A stretch of 64,000 nucleotides of DNA from Candidatus Peregrinibacteria bacterium CG_4_9_14_0_2_um_filter_53_11 (GCA_002788775.1 PFRX01000028.1:18959-82958), one strand, 5' to 3'. Shown: positions 47,148 through 58,800, counted from the stretch's first letter. A program made the numbers and translations. The notes: generated by a model from the letters alone, not told the origin.

Positions 47148-47407
47148 GACGGCGCGAAGGACAGGCACGACGGGAGGTTCACAAATGATTAGGGGCTCTT
47201 TTGGCAGCAGCAATAAATTAACGGTAGCTTTTTGCTATACTCAGCCCCAGAGCGGTGCCTATCAGCCCGCCGGCTACCGCATCCGAGAGCGTCCGTAAGG
47301 GCCATGTAGGATGAGGAGACGAGCCAGCCGAGGACAACTGCCTGAACGACGGCGGACGCAGTCCTAATGGCCTTGGGGCTTCCTGTGAGGGGGCCACCCT
47401 ATTGGGC

Positions 47408-50230
47408 CTACTCTACCTCGACAATCTCCACGTCATCGATCCACAGCTCGCCGACCTCGTGGTCGATGTAGCGGAGGCCATCGGCGGAGACCTCTCCGTC
47501 AGAAGAACGGAAAATTAGGCGGAAGTCTGACTCGTAGTTGTTGGGAACCGTGAAGGTTCGCTCGTAGTAGGTCCAGTCGTTCACGGTATAGAGAATAGGC
47601 AGCTCCTCAAAGGCAACGAGCTCAAAGTCCTGGTTTGAGTTGGCGATACCTAGACGAGGCGTCACCGAGCCGGTTACCTTGTACCAGAAGGAGAAGGTAT
47701 ACTGTTGGCCGGCTCTAACGGGAATGCCAAGTTGCTGCGTACCGGCATCGTCGCGGCGCTGGGGGATCGGATCAGGTGGCGTCGTAATGTAGAGAGCCTG
47801 CTCACCGGAGTGAACAACATCTCTCACTTTCTGGAAGATACCGGGGCCGGCAAAAGGCAGCCACTGATCGACACCATCAGCTTCCATATCACCATCTCGG
47901 ACAAAGGCGAGCTCGGGAACCTCCTCGATCAGCACCTCATCTAGGTACCCCTCACCATTGTTAATGCGGATAACGAGACGGAAGTCCTTGATAGTACCAT
48001 CGGCATTTACGCCGATAGCCTCGGGCGTGAAAAAGCGTTCGTAGGTCTTCCAGTCACCATTCGTTGGTTGGAGGTTGACCTGTACTCCTTCAATATCCAC
48101 ATTTGATGAGCGGTTACCAAGCGTGGTCGAGAGCTTACCCGAAACCAGCTTGTATTTGAAGGCATAGCGGTAGGTTTTTCCGGCAACAACCGGGAGGTAG
48201 AGCTGCTGAACTCCCGCGTTCTTACCACGTGTATCGAGGTAGATGCCCTGGGAGGCACTCGACGCCTCTGCCGAGGTCTTTTCAAGAGTGACAGGCCTGC
48301 CCCAACTCTTCCAAGCGTCCAGCCCCGGAAGCTCCATATCTCCATCACTCACATACTCTATGGCATCCACCGCTTCAATATTCACATCATCAAGGAAGGC
48401 CTCACCACCACGGACTCTGAGTACCATTCGGAAGTCCGGAATGATTACACCCTCGCCCGCTAGAGCTGACGGAGCCATAAAGTAGCGCTCATAGGTACGC
48501 CACTCATCCGGCGCTGCACTCAGAACGGTCACCTTGCTTTCGAGGTCACCATTCGAGGTGTGGATGCCCAAGTTCGTTTCGAGGGTTCCCGACTTGAGTT
48601 TGTATCTGAAGCTGTATTTGTAAGCCTGTCCTCCCAGTACGGCAAGACCAAGCTGCTGCACTCCGGCATGCCTATTTCTCGCATCAAGATAGAGACTCTG
48701 GCGTCCGGCTGAGAACTCAGTCGTGCTCTTAGATTTGGCCGTTGGCGTTCCCCAGCTGCGCCATGCGGCGACGCCGGCAGACTCCATCGTTCCATCATTA
48801 ACCAAGTTTGTTGAGACCTGCGCCTTCAAGTTGATGACAAATGAAGGAACCAGTGGGTCGTTTAAGTTGATCGTCATCCGGGCAGTACGCTCACCAAGAT
48901 TGGGCTGGGAGAAGCGCACTTTAAATTCGGTTGAGGCACCAACGACAAGAGCATCATTAGGCACTCCCACCAAAGTGAAGAGCTCAGCCTCAGCTCCGGT
49001 AAGAGCTACCCGTGGATTACCGGTAAGCAAGAGGGTATCGGTTCCCAGATTTGAAAGGCGAATCGTAACTTCTCCAACCTCATCGGGCGCCAAGATACCG
49101 AAACTCGCCTCACCTCCTGTAGAACGAACGGAGTCATTCACCGTCAGCTTAATGCTGGGCTGCCCTTCGACAACCGGAATCTTAATGCGTCCCAGATAAG
49201 TCGCAACGCGCGTAATATTACCGTCAAAAATCCTTATAAAGAAACCACGGAGGAGGTTGAAGCGAGCACGTGCGACCACATCAGCGGTATCGAGCCCCAG
49301 AGAGGCGAAGTTCACGCCGGAGCCATCGGGCAGAACGACTCCATCACCGGCAACGACCACAGCCGAGCCATCGGAGCGCGTCACGACGATCTCATTCCCC
49401 TGAGCTCCCTGATTAACATCTCCAACAGCCGGAGCACCAACAGACTGACCTACGTTCACCGGAAAGCCGGCCAGCGCCTGCCCTGTGGCTTTACTCAAGC
49501 CGAGCAGAGTTCCATTTCGCGTAACACCAAAAAGTTTATCTCCATCCTCAGCAAGAGGTTCTACAACTGCTGAAGGCGTTGCAAACTGAGCCGTTCGGGC
49601 CCACTGACCATTAGTTTCGGCATACAGTTCAATGCGATTTTGTCCGGGAAGAGCGACGGCAAGACCCCCCTCCGATGGTGCAGTGAGGGCCCCGGCCTCA
49701 CCCAGATTGAAGAGAGGTAGAGAAGTCCAGGTACCGTTCACCAAAGAATAGTCATAACGAACAACAGCCCCACCTGTTGTCGAAAGTACAACTGAATCCA
49801 AAGCACCAGCTACGCCACGTAAGACGACGGGATCATAGTGAACATCACCCGCGATAAGTGCGCTAACAACCTCATTGCCGCCTGATGAAAAGGCATTAAG
49901 GCTGTAGACGTTCTGGGCGGTTCGCGTGACTACAACGACCTCGTTAAGTCCATTCCCCGCCACATTGGCCATCACCGGTGAGGAGACGACCACGGCATTA
50001 TCTATAAAGATCGGAAAGCCGCTCAGGAGGTTCCCCTCATATGAGTAGCCCTGAAGAGCTCCATCGCTGCTTGTTGCGAAGCGTTCGGCTCCGGGAGAGG
50101 TAGTATCGAGCTCACCGAGGGTGGGCAGAAAACTGCTCTCACGCGCGAGCGCCGTTGTGGAAGCCACGATTAGTGAGGTGAGCGCCAGCAGAGCCAGCAG
50201 ACCGAGTTTTTTACGGATTGGGATAACCAT
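47408..50230 (-). CDS. Secreted 940-aa protein: FG-GAP/VCBS-like N-terminal region, ASH/choice-of-anchor-D-like domain, three CBM-like jelly-roll modules
   Basis: Signal peptide. LLSGFPIF...ANVAGNGLNEVVVV motifs. LSNLGTDTLLLTG. Three ~150-aa paralogous modules. Confidence 0.7.
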   Translation of the reverse strand: MVIPIRKKLGLLALLALTSLIVASTTALARESSFLPTLGELDTTSPGAERFATSSDGALQGYSYEGNLLSGFPIFIDNAVVVSSPVMANVAGNGLNEVVVVTRTAQNVYSLNAFSSGGNEVVSALIAGDVHYDPVVLRGVAGALDSVVLSTTGGAVVRYDYSLVNGTWTSLPLFNLGEAGALTAPSEGGLAVALPGQNRIELYAETNGQWARTAQFATPSAVVEPLAEDGDKLFGVTRNGTLLGLSKATGQALAGFPVNVGQSVGAPAVGDVNQGAQGNEIVVTRSDGSAVVVAGDGVVLPDGSGVNFASLGLDTADVVARARFNLLRGFFIRIFDGNITRVATYLGRIKIPVVEGQPSIKLTVNDSVRSTGGEASFGILAPDEVGEVTIRLSNLGTDTLLLTGNPRVALTGAEAELFTLVGVPNDALVVGASTEFKVRFSQPNLGERTARMTINLNDPLVPSFVINLKAQVSTNLVNDGTMESAGVAAWRSWGTPTAKSKSTTEFSAGRQSLYLDARNRHAGVQQLGLAVLGGQAYKYSFRYKLKSGTLETNLGIHTSNGDLESKVTVLSAAPDEWRTYERYFMAPSALAGEGVIIPDFRMVLRVRGGEAFLDDVNIEAVDAIEYVSDGDMELPGLDAWKSWGRPVTLEKTSAEASSASQGIYLDTRGKNAGVQQLYLPVVAGKTYRYAFKYKLVSGKLSTTLGNRSSNVDIEGVQVNLQPTNGDWKTYERFFTPEAIGVNADGTIKDFRLVIRINNGEGYLDEVLIEEVPELAFVRDGDMEADGVDQWLPFAGPGIFQKVRDVVHSGEQALYITTPPDPIPQRRDDAGTQQLGIPVRAGQQYTFSFWYKVTGSVTPRLGIANSNQDFELVAFEELPILYTVNDWTYYERTFTVPNNYESDFRLIFRSSDGEVSADGLRYIDHEVGELWIDDVEIVEVE
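47411..48808 (-). repeat. Three tandem ~450-nt paralogous coding modules (CBM-like)
   Basis: Each module starts with x-DG(T/D)ME-x-x-G-x-x-x-W and contains AG(V/T)QQLG/Y and W(R/K/T)TYER. Modules begin near 48808, 48357 and 47910. Confidence 0.75.
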
Positions 50231-50255
50231 AAAGTGGGGGAAATTAAGGGGTCAG

Positions 50256-51788
50256 TTACTGTTGTAGGTCGATATCTTCTTGCTCTCTCTCCCATGGAGC
50301 GATCCACTGGTCGAGCTGCTGCTGAGAGATTGTTGCGGGGAGTTTAAAGAGGAAGGGAAGGGGCGTGTAATCTTTTTTATTGGCAACTCCCATAATATAG
50401 CCCTCGTCGTTGATCGACTGGACCGTGTAACTGAACGGCCCCCACTCGTAGGTCTGCCAGTCCAGATTTTCGGGAAGAAGTTTCTCAATCTGCACAACCT
50501 TCTCGCCATCCCATAACAGAGGACGCATGCGGGGATAAAAGGCCTTATCCTCAACAAGGCCCGATCCAACCACCTGCCCCTTGTTATTGAGGCTGAGGTT
50601 TTCTGCACCCTCCCAGAGCTTCTTCATTACACCATCCTGCCAAAGATAGGTAGCGGAGGGAAATGCGTTATCAGGCTCGGCAGGCTCCTCGGCAAATCCC
50701 ACCACCTGCCCCTGTTCGTTGATCTCGAGCGGGGTGTTCCTCGCGCCGCCAAAGGTCGGTAAGACGGTTAGCGTGCCATGATCAAATAAGAAACCTATAT
50801 CGTAGGCAGAATCCGGCTTACTCGGCATCGTGCCGATCATCTGGCCCTTGTTATTGATGCGAAAGACGGAGATGTTTTTACCTTTGTTTGGAAGCTCATC
50901 ATTATGAAATGCCCCATCGTACCAGAGGAAGCTGGCAGACTCGGCTCCGCCCCTCAAGACTTGATCCCCAACAACCTGTCCAAGATCGTTAATTGAAGTA
51001 GCTGTGCCTTCAAAACCGCGGCCGCCAATTAAGGTGATCTTGCCATCGTCCCAGAGGAAGGGGCGATTAGGAGTGTCTCCTTCTCTGCCACCAACAACTC
51101 CCACAACCTGCCCCTTACTATTAACATCGAAAGGCACGTAGTAGTAGTTGGAGTCGGTAGAATAGGCCCGGGAGCTACCATTGCTCCAGAGATGGCCCTC
51201 AAAGGCCAGTGCTCCTTCACTATTAAGGTGGAGGTCGCCATTTGAAAGATGATCGGTCCCCAACTCCAGCTCGAGCACTCCCCCCTCGGGAAGGTAGAGC
51301 TTGGGTAGCTTCCGACTCTGCTGGATCGTATAAGCCTCCTCCTTATAAGTCTTGAGCTGAACCTCCGGAAGAGTTACCACATCTTTTTCAGAGTGGCGCT
51401 GATCGGCCTCCAGATAGCCCTGATCAATTGCGACCTTCTGAGCAGACTGAATAAGATAGAGCTGCTCCGTCTCAGCCGACCGAACAAAAGTCGTTCGTCG
51501 CAGCCTTAGGAGCTCGCGGAACGAGACCTGCCGAGCATCACGATAGCTGAGTCCCAACTCTCTGAGTGTTTTTGAAGAAATAGCCACCCGCCTGCCCTTT
51601 TCTACGACGTAAACGGTACGACGATTTTTAGCCCGCACCAGATCGACTCCCAGTGCCGTTGCCTTTTCAGAGACGACGCTGAGCTGCCCGCTCTCGCCTC
51701 CCGCACCAACGGCCGCATGAGCGGGAAGAGTCCCGACAAGAAGGGTTAGAAGCAGAAGTCCGCTGGTGAGTGAGATGGATTTTTTCAT
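50256..51788 (-). CDS. Secreted HAF-repeat-like (beta-propeller) protein
   Basis: Signal peptide, then repeated units ...INDLGQVVG..., NNKGQMIG, NEQGQVVG, NNKGQVVG, NDEGYIMG alternating with FLW-DG / YLWQDG / LLWDG. This is the pattern of the HAF extracellular repeat. Confidence 0.7.
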   Translation of the reverse strand: MKKSISLTSGLLLLTLLVGTLPAHAAVGAGGESGQLSVVSEKATALGVDLVRAKNRRTVYVVEKGRRVAISSKTLRELGLSYRDARQVSFRELLRLRRTTFVRSAETEQLYLIQSAQKVAIDQGYLEADQRHSEKDVVTLPEVQLKTYKEEAYTIQQSRKLPKLYLPEGGVLELELGTDHLSNGDLHLNSEGALAFEGHLWSNGSSRAYSTDSNYYYVPFDVNSKGQVVGVVGGREGDTPNRPFLWDDGKITLIGGRGFEGTATSINDLGQVVGDQVLRGGAESASFLWYDGAFHNDELPNKGKNISVFRINNKGQMIGTMPSKPDSAYDIGFLFDHGTLTVLPTFGGARNTPLEINEQGQVVGFAEEPAEPDNAFPSATYLWQDGVMKKLWEGAENLSLNNKGQVVGSGLVEDKAFYPRMRPLLWDGEKVVQIEKLLPENLDWQTYEWGPFSYTVQSINDEGYIMGVANKKDYTPLPFLFKLPATISQQQLDQWIAPWEREQEDIDLQQ

Positions 51789-51807
51789 GGGGGTGGTTAA
51801 GATAGTA

Positions 51808-52215
51808 CTAATTGGCTTGGATTAGGTGTGCATCGGGAGAAGGCACTGCTTCAGGCTTCTGCTCATCTTCGTCAAAAAAAATCTTATCTTCCAAATCGAT
51901 ACAGGGCCCCATTTTCGTTATATTAGGGCTCGTCGTGTCGAATAGGCAGACGTAACGAGCATTATCACTTAGACGTAGTTCAATACGGCCGTATCCCGCA
52001 TGGTTCTGCCCAAAACTATAGGCTTGGTGCTCTCCGTCCGGATAGACTACCTCCAACCTCTTAGTATCGTCTCGGCCCGGTGAATCATTCTCAACCCTGC
52101 TGAACGACACCCTGGTTCCATCCGGTGTGATCCAAAGGGTACCGGAAGATCGTCCGCAGGCAGCCACGAGTATCAGTAGTGTAAGTGAGAGAAGTGTTAT
52201 TATGGTGATTTTCAT
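51808..52215 (-). CDS. Small lipoprotein (135 aa), function unknown
   Basis: Lipobox LVAACG. Lies in the Rhs operon, 31 nt downstream of the preceding gene. Confidence 0.6.
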   Translation of the reverse strand: MKITIITLLSLTLLILVAACGRSSGTLWITPDGTRVSFSRVENDSPGRDDTKRLEVVYPDGEHQAYSFGQNHAGYGRIELRLSDNARYVCLFDTTSPNITKMGPCIDLEDKIFFDEDEQKPEAVPSPDAHLIQAN

Positions 52216-52246
52216 GCTTTAGGTTTTGAAAATAATCATATACGGA

Positions 52247-52828
52247 TTAATAGATTTTAATATAAACCCACTCATCATCAATTCTTTCAGGTGCTAACTC
52301 TCTCCTTTCAAGTACAACTTTTCCACGAACCGTCATAGGAAAATTGACCTCGTAAAGACATGAAAAAATTTGCGGACAATAAAGTATCATCTTTTCTCCA
52401 CCTATTGCTCCAAAACTTTTAAAAAAACTGAGTGCGAAGGCTGGACTTGAGCCAATAATTGAAACCTCCTTGCTCGCGGTAACGCTGGGTTCGTATGTGA
52501 GGAGATCATATCCTAGCGCATCGTCTGGATCGGGAACAGATACAACATACTTGGGAACCAAATCTGAGATACCCACAGGATATTCACCAAGATCCAATTT
52601 ATATTGATTTATTGCCTGTACGAGTGGGGAGTATTGAGCCAATGAACGAGACAGAAATGCGTTCTCAATAAATGGCGATAGTACCATAAATAAGAATAAC
52701 AAAAATACATTACTCAGTAGCAGCATATATTTTCTAGGGAAAAAAATTATCTCCGCATACCTTTTTTGCAAAAAATGGTTGATAACATTAAGTGCCGATA
52801 AAAATAGGAGAAAGTAAAGGTATGTCAT
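52247..52828 (-). CDS. AT-rich small membrane protein (193 aa); candidate immunity protein for the Rhs toxin
   Basis: Starts 8 nt after the Rhs stop. Two N-terminal TM helices. Shares the low G+C of the toxin tip. Confidence 0.55.
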   Translation of the reverse strand: MTYLYFLLFLSALNVINHFLQKRYAEIIFFPRKYMLLLSNVFLLFLFMVLSPFIENAFLSRSLAQYSPLVQAINQYKLDLGEYPVGISDLVPKYVVSVPDPDDALGYDLLTYEPSVTASKEVSIIGSSPAFALSFFKSFGAIGGEKMILYCPQIFSCLYEVNFPMTVRGKVVLERRELAPERIDDEWVYIKIY

Positions 52829-52836
52829 GCTAGTGC

Positions 52837-55800
52837 TTATTTAGTCTTCCAGTAATCATAGCCGGGAGCAGAAATAAAAGTGTACCCTAACTCATATTCA
52901 AGTGCTTTGTTGAGTTTTTGGTCATCAATATTTAAACCGTATTTTTGGTACAAAGTTATGCCGGTTTTAATAAGCATCTGATCCGTTGGATCGTCAAAAT
53001 AAGATGCATACCAGTCGGTGTCAGAAGTACGGCTATATATTTGTGCGGCACCAGCACCGGAAAGCAATGTAGTGGAGGGTATTCCAGCTGCTGCGCCTGT
53101 GTAACCAAAATTTATATTGCCTCTGGCATCAAAAAGCACTCTGTTGTCAGTTACACCAGCTAATGTAACCGGCTCTGTAGAACCAAAACGTTTTACATCC
53201 TGAATTTTATAATCCCAATCTCCACCTGGTTTGACGTGATTAAAAAACTGAATATATGTTGATGCTCTTTCCGCCTCATATAGTAACCCGGCTGCAGCTT
53301 TTGCCCCCACTCTTGCTCCGGGCCTCCACCATGGTATCTTATTCGCCTCTTTCAGTGCTTCCGCACGTACTAACAAGTCGTGCTGATAAGCATTAGCCAT
53401 CTCTTTCCCGTTAGCTTTCAACTTCTGGATAAGATCACTCGTTGGGTCAAAACAGATGGAGCAAACTGATGTTGCAGATGCTGAGGAACTGGCAAGTAAG
53501 ATAGGTGTCGAGGCATAACTTGAGTTATCTTCTATAATCTGTTCCGTTACCGCCTCCGACTCATTTCCCGTCGGGTCAGTATACCTTAAGGGGTTATTAT
53601 TTGCGTAAGCGTAGGAGTTCCTTGAGATCAGACTACCAACTGCCCCCATGTACTTGTCGCGGCTTATAAAGCGGCCCGTTGTTGGGTTGTAGTAGCGGGC
53701 GTTGTAGTAGAAGAGGTTGGACTCGGAGTCGTACTCCTGGCCCGTAAAGAGGTAGCGGGTCTCATCACTTCCAAGCGAACCGATAATCTCTCCGTAGGGA
53801 TCGTAGTCGTACTGCTGAGTGATCTCACCGGCTTCATTACTCAACATAACGGCGGAGCCGAGGGCATCGGAGTGTACGAAGATGATTCGTCCTTGGGCGT
53901 CAATCTCTGCCACCTCTCCAACTCCCTGAACGATCGTCCTTTCCACTCCACCATTGGTGTTGAGCTCGTTCAGGACGGTCAGCCCATCATTGAAGTAGTA
54001 GGTCGAGTCGGAGCCGTTGACGGTCTTCTTGATTCGATTGCCCGCGTCATCATAGGCAAAGGTCAGGCTGTTCTCATTGAGCTGAGGCATGAAGTTGGGA
54101 CGAGAGGCGTCCGTGTAGCGAATCTGGGAGAGTCGGTTCTGAACATCCCAGCTGTAGCTGACGTTCTTGAGTGGCTGGCCCAGACGAGAGTAGCTCTCAC
54201 GGGTGAGTGAGCCGTTGCCGTCATACTCCATCGCAACGGTCAGACGGCCGTTGGTCGTGTAGGAGCGGAGCTCCTCAGAGTCGTTTGCGTAACTGTAAGA
54301 GGTCGAGCCGAGCGCCGAGCCCAGGCTCAGACGATTTCCTTGAGCGTCATAGTTAAAGCGGAGGTCCTGAGCTCCGGCTACGTCGGTATAGTCGACAGTC
54401 TTGAGCTGATCGAGAAGATCATAGGTGTAGTTGATAGTTCGGTCGGTATCGGTACCATCCACAGAGGTGCGCTCCACAAGCTGAGTTCTATTACTCTGAG
54501 CATCGAAGTCGTACTCGTGAGCGAAGAGCTCGTTGTTCTGAGCGTCACGGAGGGTAATGTTATCGAGACGATTCAGTGAGTCATAGCCGTAGCTTGTGGC
54601 CAAGCCGTTCCCATAGGTAAGTTCGGTTGGCTGGGCGAGGGCGTTGTACTCATAGGTCGCGAGTGCACTTCCACCGAAGGTCACAGTGTCGAGCAGGCCT
54701 CGGCTGTCGTAGTTGTAGTCCAGGAGCCGTCCGGCGGCATCCGTTAGAGTGTTGAGCTTACCATCGGCCGTGTAGGTGCGGTTCACAGCATACGACTGAC
54801 CGTTGAGGTCGGTGTAGGTTTTCGTCTCACGGGTTCTCAGGTTGAGGAGGTCATACTGATAGCTGGTTGTACCAACAGGCTCGACGAGCTGGGTAAGCTG
54901 ATCCCAGTTATCGTAGCTGTAGTTGAAGATTGAGCCATCATCAAGAGCCTTGCGGGTAAGGCGACTCTTAGCGTCGTAGGCGAAGGTCGTGAGCTGCCCC
55001 TCTCCATCGGTCTTCTGAGTAATGTTCCCCAGAGCATCATAGTCAAAGCCTTCCGTCTTATTGCCCGGGTGGGTTATCTGCGTAACGCGGTTAAGGGCAT
55101 CGTAACTAAAGGCGGTGACAGTACCCCCCGTCGTCTCGGCGAGACGATTACCGTTGTTATCATAGGTGTAGCTGGTGACTGTTTCTACTGCGTTGCTCTC
55201 TGTTAAGAGGCGGTTGAGCTTGTCGTAGGTGTAGGTCGTCGTGTGATTGAGCCAGTCGCTCTCGCTGGTGGTGTTGCCCGCGGCATCGTAGAGATAGTCG
55301 AGAGTAGCTCCCGAGACGTTGGTAACGGTTGTGAGACGGTTCGCATTGTCATAGTCGTAATTGGTAACGGTGTTATCCGGGGCTGTAACCTGCACCTTGT
55401 TGCCGTTGCCATCAAAGACTGTGACCGTAAGATTCTGGTCGGCATCACGCTGCTGGATGGCTCTGCCGAAGTCGTCATAGGTAGAGCTGACCGTGCGTCC
55501 AAGCTCATCAGTCCTGCTCGTCAGATTAGAGAGCGCGTCGTAGGTGTAGCTAACATGGGCCCCCTTGGCATCCGTCGTCTGAGTCTTTCGATCAAGATTA
55601 TCGTAGGTGTGAGTGGTGACGTGGGCACTGTTGTTACCATTGGCATCCTTGCGGTCAACAACCTGCAGCAGATTGTTCTGCTTGTCATAGGTGAAGGTCG
55701 TCTCTTTGTTCAAAGAGTTCCGCTCCAAGATGAGGCGGTTCATCTCGTCATAGCCATAAGTTGCCGTATTCCCATCCGCATTGCGCAGAGCGGGGTCGGC

Positions 55801-58800
55801 GTTGGCACGGGCATCGCGAACACCTGTTCTATTACCGTTCGCATCATAGGTGTAGGAGGTGAGGCCACCCGCCGTATCAGTTACGGAGGTCAGGCGTCCA
55901 AGGAGGTCATAGGTCGTGGTCGTCGTCTGCCCCTTGGGATCGGTCGTACTTACGAGCTCATCAAAGCCATCATAAGTGTAGGTGGTCTCAACAAATGAGG
56001 TCTGACCGGCATCAACGAACTTCTTCGATGAGAGGAGGTTGTTACGACCATCATAGCTAAAGACTGAAGACTGGCCCTGAGTGTTGCTCTCGCTCACCTT
56101 GTTACCATTGCGGTCGTACTGAAACGTCGTCGTATTATAGGGGGCAGCTATAGCTGAGACACGATTGGCATCGTCATAGCTGTAGCTGGTGACAACATCG
56201 CGCGCATCAACATCCCTCACCTTGTTGCCAACGAAGTCGTACTCACTACTCGTGAAGATGGTCTCACCGCGAGGGCCTGTGATCGACGTTGAGAGAAGGC
56301 TCTCCTCGATGTCAGTGTCGTAAACATAGGTCGTGACACGTCCCTGTGGATCGTTCTTCTGGATAAGATGGTCCTCACTGTCGTAGATGTAGGTCGTGAC
56401 ATTTCCCGCCGGATCCTGGGCCCGCTTCAGGTTGCCGTGACTATCGTACTGGAACTGAGAGACAAAGCCGCGCGCGTTGGTCACACTCGTCTTGTTACCA
56501 AAAACATCGTAGACGTAGCTTCGCTGAACCAGCTGAGTTGAGCCATCGGGAAGGGTTACCGTAATCGACTCCCCCGTTCTGTAGTTCTGGGCGGCATCGT
56601 AGGTGTAGTCGGTGACGTTGTTGTTCTTATCCCATGAGCGGAGGATGTTTCCCCTATTGTCATAACTAAAGCGCTCCTGCCCACCGAGATCGTAGTTGAT
56701 GGTAAGGAGGTTTCCGTTACTCTGGTCGTAAACAAAGTTGGCAGATCGGATAACAACCGTTGCCGGGTTGACGAGAGAGGTTGCCGTCTTGGTCTGAACA
56801 CTGACCTTGTTAACTACGGGGTGGTACTGATAGGTCGTGACCGTGTTCCAGCCGTGACTAAATGGTTGCTGCTGACGGGTTACTCTGCGGTACTGATCAT
56901 AGTCGTAGAGCGTCGCATTGCCGTTTGGATCGGTAACACGCGTGGCCATGCCATCAGGATTATACTGGTATGAGGTCGCTCCACCATTATCGCCTTCTTT
57001 TTCGTAGATCTTAAGACCCTCCTGATCAAAACAGGTATAGGTCTTGTAGAAGTCGGGATCATCACCTGAGCGGAAGTTTTTCACGGTCGTACATGAGGTG
57101 CTTCCGGGGACGTTTCCGTCGGGAGCATCCGTGTAGCTCAAGGTGTAGATGCGTCGTTGATCGTTGGCACCGAGACGAGGGTTCTTTTCGTCCTGGCGGA
57201 TGACACGTCCTTGATCGTCATAGGTATTGTAGAGGACCGTTCCACGCGCATCCGTATAGGTGGCCATACGGTCGTTATCATAGGTGAAGGTTCGAACGAG
57301 ATTTTCAGTTGAGCCGTTAAACGAGCGGACATTGGTCACCGTGGTAAGGAAGCCACTTTCGTAACCATAGCGAACCAGCCGGTGGTCCTGAGTATTCAGA
57401 TTATCGTGAACTTCGGTAATCTTATCGAACATCTCCCCATCATCCTCTGCACCATAAACGAAGCTGACCGTTCGGCCCGAGGCATCGGTAATAGTTGTAA
57501 GAAGTGGAATATCGCGACGCTGAATATAAGTGAAAGCGGTGACATTTCCCTTAAGATCAGTAATCTGCTCAACCATGCCGAGCTGCGTTGTCCTCTTATA
57601 GGTAAAGTCATAGCGAACGCCATCAAATGTGGTGTAAGTCAGGAGGGCATTGTCCGGCGTTCCGTTGTTGACCAAGGTTCCATCAACACCTTTCGGTGCA
57701 ACGAAGGTCGCGCCGTTATCATTGGTCGTAAAGAGGGCCGCGAGGGTACCTCCAAGATAGACGAGAACATTTCTCGTAGCTGGATCCTGGTAGTAGTACA
57801 TGTTGGTGGAGTGATTCCATCCAAAACCGATACGGTTATTCTTGTCGACCACGCGGCTGTTGTAGCTGCGCGTTATGTTTATGGGAATACCACGCCCCTT
57901 GAGCTCAAGATCGGTCTGAATGAACTCAAAGACTCCCGTACGGATGTTAACCGGATCGGCGGCGTAGTTGATTGCCAGCTTGTCAACCAAGGTCGAAAGC
58001 CAGTTTGAGGCATTCAGCTGGAAGAGGGAGACCGTCTGAGCACCATTAACATTAGTTCCGACATACTTCTCTTCAAGATCAGAGAAGGTGTCTCTATCGG
58101 TATCAGAGAGCTCTTCCGGATCTGGTGGGGGGGTTGCACCTCCTCCGCCACCTCCGCCCGGGCTACAGTTTCCACAGTAGCCGCTGCGCTCAACGGTAAA
58201 GATCTGATCCGAGTCAACCGCATTGTTGTTGTAGTTACGCTCGCTCAAACTGTTTGCGGTGTTCATGCCAAGGACAAGCACATAGCTATCGTTGAAGGGA
58301 ATATTTCCGGGCACAACACCTGAGAGCGTCCTCAAAACATTGGCACCGGCAGAGATATCGAGGGAGGCCGGATTGTGCGACGTTAACTGGTAAAGCTCCC
58401 CTGTGCTCGTCGACTGGAGTACAAGAATGTAGGGAAGACCGATGGCCGTGATATTGCCCGAGTTCATGATACGAGCCTGCGCCTCGAGACGCTCGCCTGA
58501 GATAAATGTGTGGACGTTCTGAACGTCCAGATTGACGGGGTAGATATCGCGAGTCTCAGGGACGGTAAAGCTCACTGAGCTCTTATTGTTACCTTCACTG
58601 CTCTCATTGGTGATCTCGTCCAGATTGTCGACCCAGAAGGAGAAGTAGTAGGTCCCCGAGGCAGTCCCCTCCGGAACGGTATAACTTATAGATTCGCTGC
58701 TCGTATTACTTCCGCTACCACTGGCCTGAAGAGTTCCAAACGAGTCATTTCCTATGCTATTTCCATCTGAGTAAGAAGGGTTGGAGCGACTAATATAATA

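Noticed and set aside
47220-47400. Minus-strand frame encoding a glycine-zipper-like peptide (...AVAGGLIGTALGLSIAKSYR*).
   Set aside because: It has no ATG, GTG or TTG start in frame after the upstream stop and is shorter than 60 aa. It is kept only as a possible gene remnant in the findings.
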